From assembly GCF_001457615.1 (NCBI RefSeq), contig NZ_LN831024.1:360001-392000 (forward strand): a stretch of DNA of 32,000 nucleotides, given 5' to 3'. This DNA comes from Pseudomonas aeruginosa (GTDB taxonomy: Bacteria; Pseudomonadota; Gammaproteobacteria; Pseudomonadales; Pseudomonadaceae). Below, piece after piece: positions 27,251 to 32,000 of the stretch. A program made the translations under genes and the position numbers. The notes beneath the pieces are model-generated. The model was not told the DNA's origin. It did no database searches and saw only the letters and a list, made by a program, of their open reading frames with translations. The first letter of the stretch is position 1, and every line of letters starts with the position of its first letter.

Positions 27251-29089
27251 TCAGCCGTCCAGCAGCGCCTTGTTGCGTACCGCGCCCTTGTCGGCGCTGG
27301 TGGCGAGCAGGGCGTAGGCCTTGAGCGCGGTGCTGACGCGGCGGGCACGCGGCGCGGCCGGCTTCCAGCCCTTCTTGTCCTGTTCGGCGCGGCGTGCGGC
27401 GAGTTCTTCGTCGCTGACCAGCAGGTTGATCGAGCGATTGGGAATGTCGATCAGCACCTTGTCGCCGTCCTGCACCAGGCCGATGGCGCCGCCGGCGGCG
27501 GCTTCCGGGGAGGCGTGGCCGATGGACAGGCCCGAGGTGCCGCCGGAGAAGCGTCCGTCGGTGAGCAGGGCGCACTGCTTGCCCAGGCCCTTGGACTTCA
27601 GGTAGCTGGTCGGATAGAGCATTTCCTGCATGCCCGGCCCGCCCTTCGGTCCTTCGTAGCGGATGATCACGATGTCGCCGGCCTTCACCTCGTCGCCGAG
27701 GATGCCTTTCACCGCGGCGTCCTGGCTTTCGAAGATCTTCGCGCTGCCTTCGAACACGTGGATCGACTCGTCGACCCCGGCGGTCTTCACCACGCAGCCG
27801 TCGAGAGCGATGTTGCCGTAGAGCACGGCCAGCCCGCCTTCCTTGGAATAGGCATGCTCGACGCTGCGGATGCAGCCCTCGGCGCGGTCGTCGTCCAGGC
27901 TCGGCCAGCGGGTGTTCTGGCTGAACGCGGTCTGGGTCGGGATGCCCGCCGGACCGGCCTTGAAGAAGGTGTGCACGGCTTCGTCGCGGGTCTGGGTGAT
28001 GTCCCACTGGGCGATGGCGTCGGCCATGCTCGGGCTGTGCACGGTGGGGACGTCGGTGTGCAGCAGGCCACCGCGGGCCAGTTCGCCGAGGATGGAGAAG
28101 ATGCCGCCGGCGCGATGCACGTCTTCCATGTGGTACTTCTGGATGTTCGGCGCCACCTTGCACAGTTGCGGCACCTTGCGCGACAGGCGGTCGATGTCGC
28201 GCAGGTCGAACGGCACCTCGGCCTCCTGGGCGGCGGCCAGCAGGTGCAGGATGGTATTGGTCGAGCCGCCCATGGCGATGTCCAGGGTCATGGCGTTCTC
28301 GAAGGCCTTGAAGTTGGCGATGTTGCGCGGCAGCACGCTGTCGTCGCCTTCGCCGTAATAGCGCTGGCAGAGTTCCACGGCCAGGCGCCCGGCGCGCAGG
28401 AACAGTTGCTCGCGGTCGGCGTGGGTGGCCAGGGTCGAGCCGTTGCCCGGCAGCGACAGGCCGAGCGCCTCGGTCAGGCAGTTCATCGAGTTGGCGGTGA
28501 ACATGCCGGAGCAGGAGCCGCAGGTCGGGCAGGCGCTGCGCTCGTACTCGGCGACCTTCTCGTCGGAGCAGGAGTCGTCGGCGGCCACCACCATGGCATC
28601 GACCAGGTCCAGGCCGTGGCTGGCCAGCTTGGTCTTGCCGGCTTCCATCGGCCCGCCGGAGACGAACACTACCGGGATGTTCAGGCGCAGCGCCGCCATC
28701 AGCATGCCGGGGGTGATCTTGTCGCAGTTGGAGATGCAGACGATGGCGTCGGCGCAGTGGGCGTTGACCATGTATTCCACGGAGTCGGCGATGATCTCCC
28801 GGCTCGGCAGCGAATAGAGCATGCCGTCGTGGCCCATGGCGATGCCGTCGTCGACGGCGATGGTGTTGAATTCCTTGGCCACGCCGCCGGCCTTCTCGAT
28901 CTCGCGGGCGACCAGTTGGCCGAGGTCCTTCAGGTGCACGTGGCCGGGCACGAACTGGGTGAAGGAGTTGGCGATGGCGATGATCGGCTTCTTGAAGTCT
29001 TCGTCCTTCATCCCGGTGGCGCGCCAGAGGGCGCGGGCGCCGGCCATGTTGCGGCCGTGGGTGGAGGTTTTCGAGCGGTAATCGGGCAT
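27251..29089 (-). CDS. ilvD: Dihydroxy-acid dehydratase
   Basis: 612 aa; [87 protein letters not shown]. Confidence 0.98.
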   Translation of the reverse strand: MPDYRSKTSTHGRNMAGARALWRATGMKDEDFKKPIIAIANSFTQFVPGHVHLKDLGQLVAREIEKAGGVAKEFNTIAVDDGIAMGHDGMLYSLPSREIIADSVEYMVNAHCADAIVCISNCDKITPGMLMAALRLNIPVVFVSGGPMEAGKTKLASHGLDLVDAMVVAADDSCSDEKVAEYERSACPTCGSCSGMFTANSMNCLTEALGLSLPGNGSTLATHADREQLFLRAGRLAVELCQRYYGEGDDSVLPRNIANFKAFENAMTLDIAMGGSTNTILHLLAAAQEAEVPFDLRDIDRLSRKVPQLCKVAPNIQKYHMEDVHRAGGIFSILGELARGGLLHTDVPTVHSPSMADAIAQWDITQTRDEAVHTFFKAGPAGIPTQTAFSQNTRWPSLDDDRAEGCIRSVEHAYSKEGGLAVLYGNIALDGCVVKTAGVDESIHVFEGSAKIFESQDAAVKGILGDEVKAGDIVIIRYEGPKGGPGMQEMLYPTSYLKSKGLGKQCALLTDGRFSGGTSGLSIGHASPEAAAGGAIGLVQDGDKVLIDIPNRSINLLVSDEELAARRAEQDKKGWKPAAPRARRVSTALKAYALLATSADKGAVRNKALLDG

Positions 29090-29375
29090 GACGATTTCCT
29101 GCGGCTAATCAGGTTCGGGTTATGACTGTATCGTGAGCGTCGAAGGAACCGGATGCAAACGGGGAATAGCCGAGTGTACGGAGTTGGCCGGGGTCTGAAT
29201 GGGGTCACCATTGGCGACGGCCTGGGCTCACTGCCCGCCGGGGGATGATTGGCGAGGAATGCCCGGATTCTAAGCCTAGAGCGGGCGAATGGGGAAGGCT
29301 GGCGGTCGGCGGAGCGGCGCGTCGCGACCCGGCTGGCGTCTTGCGCCGCCCGTCGCGCCATGAGCGGCGGTGGCC

Positions 29376-29410
29376 GTAGGGCGGATGAACGCAGGCGCTC
29401 ATCCGCCGGG
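29376..29410. repeat. REP-like palindrome between rlmI and ilvD
   Basis: cGTAGGGCGGATGA-acgcaggcgc-TCATCCGCCGGG; 9-bp perfect stem GGCGGATGA/TCATCCGCC. Confidence 0.65.
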
Positions 29411-29416
29411 ACGGGC

Positions 29417-30613
29417 TCAGCCGTTGGGCAGCAGCCGGCAGGTCAGGCTCTTGATGTAGCGGGTTTCCGCGATCGCCAGGTGCACCGGATGGTCGGGGCC
29501 CTGGCCGCCGCGCTCGAGCAGCTGGATGTTACGGTCGAGATGGCGGGCGCTGCCGATCAGGATGTTCTGCAGGTCGTCCTCGGGCAGGTGCATCGAGCAG
29601 GAGGCGCTGACCAGGATGCCGTCCTTGCTCAGCAGGCGCATGGCCTGTTCGTTGAGACGGCGGTAGGCGGCCTCACCGTTCTTCAGGTCCTTCTTGCGCT
29701 TGATGAAGGCCGGCGGGTCGGCGATCACCACGTCGAAGCGTTCGTCGGCGGCCTTCAGCTCGCGCAGGGCCTCGAACACGTCGCCCTCGACGCAGGCGAC
29801 CTTCTCCGCCACGCCGTTCAGTGCCGCGTTGCGCTCGACGCCGTCGAGGGCGAAGGCGGACGCGTCCACGCACATCACTTCGCTGGCGCCGAAGGCGGCG
29901 GCCTGGATGCCCCAGCCACCGATATAGCTGAACAGGTCGAGGACCCGCTTGCCCCGCACGTAGGGCGCCAGGCGCGCACGGTTCATGCGGTGGTCGTAGA
30001 ACCAGCCGGTCTTCTGCCCGGCCAGCACCGGCGCCTCGAACTTCACGCCGTTCTCTTCCAGGGCGACCCACTCCGGCACTTCGCCGTAGGCATTGGCCAC
30101 GTAGCGCTCCAGGCCCTCGGCGTCGCGCGCGCTGGAGTCGTTCTTCCAGAGCACGGCGGCGGGCTTGAGCACCTGCAGCAGGGCGGCGAGCACCTCGTCC
30201 TTGCGCAGTTCCATGGCTGCGGACGCCAGTTGCACCACCAGCACGTCGCCAAAGCGATCGACCACCAGGCCGGGCAGCAGGTCGGAATCGCCGTAGACCA
30301 GCCGGTAGAACGGCTTGTCGAAAAGCCGCTCGCGCAGGCTGAGGGCGATGTTGATGCGATGAACCAGCAGCGATTTGTCGAGAACGTGCTTGGTATCACG
30401 GGAAATGAGGCGGCCGCAGATGAGATTGTTCGGGCTCAGCGCGACGATGCCCAGCGGCTTGCCGTTGGCCATTTCCAGCACCGCCTGGTCGCCGGCGGCG
30501 AAGGCATTCAGCGGCGTCGCGGCGACATCCACCTCGTTGCTGTAGACCCACAGGTGGCCGGCGCGCAGGCGGCGCTCGGCGTTGGCTTTGAGACGCAAGC
30601 TGGGCAGGGTCAT
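29417..30613 (-). CDS. rlmI: Class I SAM-dependent rRNA methyltransferase, RlmI-like (PUA domain + Rossmann methyltransferase)
   Basis: 398 aa; LKANAERRLRAGHLWVYSNEVD PUA-type N-terminus, KRVLDLFSYIGGWGIQAAAFGASEVMCVDAS, DVVIADPPAF. Confidence 0.92.
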   Translation of the reverse strand: MTLPSLRLKANAERRLRAGHLWVYSNEVDVAATPLNAFAAGDQAVLEMANGKPLGIVALSPNNLICGRLISRDTKHVLDKSLLVHRINIALSLRERLFDKPFYRLVYGDSDLLPGLVVDRFGDVLVVQLASAAMELRKDEVLAALLQVLKPAAVLWKNDSSARDAEGLERYVANAYGEVPEWVALEENGVKFEAPVLAGQKTGWFYDHRMNRARLAPYVRGKRVLDLFSYIGGWGIQAAAFGASEVMCVDASAFALDGVERNAALNGVAEKVACVEGDVFEALRELKAADERFDVVIADPPAFIKRKKDLKNGEAAYRRLNEQAMRLLSKDGILVSASCSMHLPEDDLQNILIGSARHLDRNIQLLERGGQGPDHPVHLAIAETRYIKSLTCRLLPNG

Positions 30614-30685
30614 GGGAAAGGCTCCGGCAAAAGAGCGCGATTATAGCGCAGCGACGGGATTCGCCGCTGCGCGAACGCGGGCCGT

Positions 30686-31225
30686 TCAGCCGGCGAGGAT
30701 TTCGATGAATCGACGGTTGAAGGCCGGGATGTCTTCGGGTTTGCGGCTGCTCACCAGCTTGCCGTCCACCGCTACCTCCTGGTCCACCCAGTGGCCGCCG
30801 GCGTTGTTGATGTCGTCCTTGAGCGACGGCCAACTGGTCAGGGTACGACCCTGCACCAGGCCGGCGGAGATCAGCAGCCAGGCGCCGTGGCAGATCACCG
30901 CCACCGGCTTGCTCGCCTGTTCGGCGCGGATCGCCAGTTCCTGGGCCTTGGCCAGGCTGCGGATCTGGTCGGAATTGATCACCCCGCCGGGCAGCAGCAG
31001 GGCGTCGTAGTCGTCCAGGCTGGCGTCTTCGAAGGTGCCGTCGACGCGGAAGGCCTCGGCTGGCTGGTGATGGTTCCAGCCGTGCACCTCGCCGGCCTTG
31101 TCGGAAAGAATCCTTACCGTGGCGCCGGCGTCTTCCAGGGCTTTTTTCGGACCGGTCAGTTCGACCTGTTCGAAACCGTCGGTCACCAGGGCGGCGACGA
31201 CCTTGCCGTGCAGGGATTGGGTCAT
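30686..31225 (-). CDS. pfpI: DJ-1/PfpI family protein
   Basis: 179 aa from ATG 31225: MTQSLHGKVVAALVTDGFEQVELTGPKKALEDAG...DALLLPGGVINSDQIR...VAVICHGAWLLISAGLVQGRTLTSW with nucleophile Cys in CHGAW. Confidence 0.93.
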   Translation of the reverse strand: MTQSLHGKVVAALVTDGFEQVELTGPKKALEDAGATVRILSDKAGEVHGWNHHQPAEAFRVDGTFEDASLDDYDALLLPGGVINSDQIRSLAKAQELAIRAEQASKPVAVICHGAWLLISAGLVQGRTLTSWPSLKDDINNAGGHWVDQEVAVDGKLVSSRKPEDIPAFNRRFIEILAG

Positions 31226-31386
31226 GGCATGTCTCCCGATATCAGAAGGGGTATTCATTCCGACCCTGGCGGCTGCGGGAAAAGTTCCATGTCCGTTGCC
31301 TGGCGCCGCTTTTCCGGCAGAAGCCCGCCCCATGGCGGGGTTCTCCGGGTAAACTGCGCGCACCGTCAACTTTCGCCTCCGTCCTC

Positions 31387-32000
31387 ATGGTCCAAGAACT
31401 CACCGCCGAGCAGATCCGCCAGGCCCTGCAAGGCATCAGCGTGCCGCCGCAACCCCAGATCATGGTCGACCTGCAGATGGAGCAGGTCATGCCCAATCCG
31501 GACCTGAAGAACATTGCCAGGCTGATCAGCCAGGACCCGGGCCTTTCCGGGGCTCTCCTGAAACTGGTGAACTCGCCGTTCTTCGGCCTGGCCAATCGCA
31601 TCACTTCGATCCAGCGCGCGGTGAACCTGCTGGGCAGTCGTTCGGTGATCAACCTGATCAACGCCCAGTCGATCAAGGGTGAGATGAGCGACGACACCAT
31701 CGTCACCCTCAACCGTTTCTGGGACACCGCCCAGGACGTGGCCATGAGCTGCCTCAGCCTGGCCAAGCGGATCGGCTACGAATCGGTGGACGAAGCCTAC
31801 GCTCTCGGCCTGTTCCACAATTGCGGCATCCCGCTGATGCTCAAGCGCTTCCCGCACTACATGGCGGTGCTGGAAGAGGCCTACGCCGCCGCCAGCGACG
31901 AACGCCGGGTGGTGGACACCGAGAACCGCGTGCTGAACACCAACCATGCGGTGGTCGGCTACTACACCGCGCGCTCCTGGCGCCTGCCGGAGCACGTCTG
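31387..32000 (+). CDS. HDOD-domain protein, N-terminal part, truncated by window end
   Basis: MVQELTAEQIRQALQGISVPPQPQIMVDLQMEQVMPNPDLKNIARLISQDPGLSGALLKLVNSPFFGLANRITSIQRAVNLLGSRSVINLI, typical HDOD core; open to end of window. Confidence 0.92.
   Translation, partial: MVQELTAEQIRQALQGISVPPQPQIMVDLQMEQVMPNPDLKNIARLISQDPGLSGALLKLVNSPFFGLANRITSIQRAVNLLGSRSVINLINAQSIKGEMSDDTIVTLNRFWDTAQDVAMSCLSLAKRIGYESVDEAYALGLFHNCGIPLMLKRFPHYMAVLEEAYAAASDERRVVDTENRVLNTNHAVVGYYTARSWRLPEHV

Noticed and set aside
27200-29125. 641-aa plus-strand ORF opposite ilvD
   Set aside because: Antisense shadow of ilvD; it begins inside the terminator and has no coherent domain.
29090-29400. Possible small genes in the rlmI-ilvD intergenic region (frames in the 29008-29402 ORFs)
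   Set aside because: Predicted peptides are Arg/Pro/Ser-rich and extend from ilvD antisense sequence; no SD or conserved motif. Better read as promoter plus REP-like sequence.
30686-31225. PfpI gene as a possible defence or protease effector
   Set aside because: DJ-1/PfpI proteins with the CHGAW nucleophile are widespread stress-related proteins, and nothing in the neighbourhood suggests a specialised system.
1-32000. Search for CRISPR arrays, tRNA/rRNA genes, IS or prophage, retrons, toxin-antitoxin and restriction genes
   Set aside because: No regularly spaced direct repeats, no clover-leaf/CCA tRNA sequence, no transposase/integrase/reverse-transcriptase motifs, and no target-site duplications flanking any gene block were recognisable. 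The window reads as core chromosome.

Overview
This 32 kb window is high-GC and densely coding. It looks like a Pseudomonas aeruginosa core-chromosome segment: the gene order aaaA - YegP-like - rpiA - ilvA - ... - rppH - ptsP - ... - lgt - thyA - ... - glpQ - ... - folA - ... - ilvD - rlmI - pfpI matches, from memory, the PAO1 PA0328-PA0356 neighbourhood. I supported about 27 protein genes (two truncated by the window edges), mostly housekeeping. I found no rRNA, tRNA, CRISPR array, IS element, prophage or recognisable defence island. The parts most worth a second look are: (1) two tandem, translationally coupled exported proteins that look like diverged paralogs (22288-24419); (2) an overlapping two-gene module of a DUF3482-like GTPase and a DUF2868-like membrane protein (17579-20336), with an atypical GTPase G4 region; (3) an SDR/DoxX-like protein flanked by two paralogous 155-aa membrane proteins (4915-7168); (4) a CatB-like hexapeptide acetyltransferase (1129-1854); (5) three dispersed GGCGGAT...ATCCGCC palindromic elements (about 15732, 27098 and 29376) that resemble a REP family; and (6) several perfect intergenic hairpins at convergent gene ends or overlapping putative promoters. 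No clearly new multi-gene system is demonstrable from sequence alone. Product names come from motif and sequence recognition by eye, not from searches.
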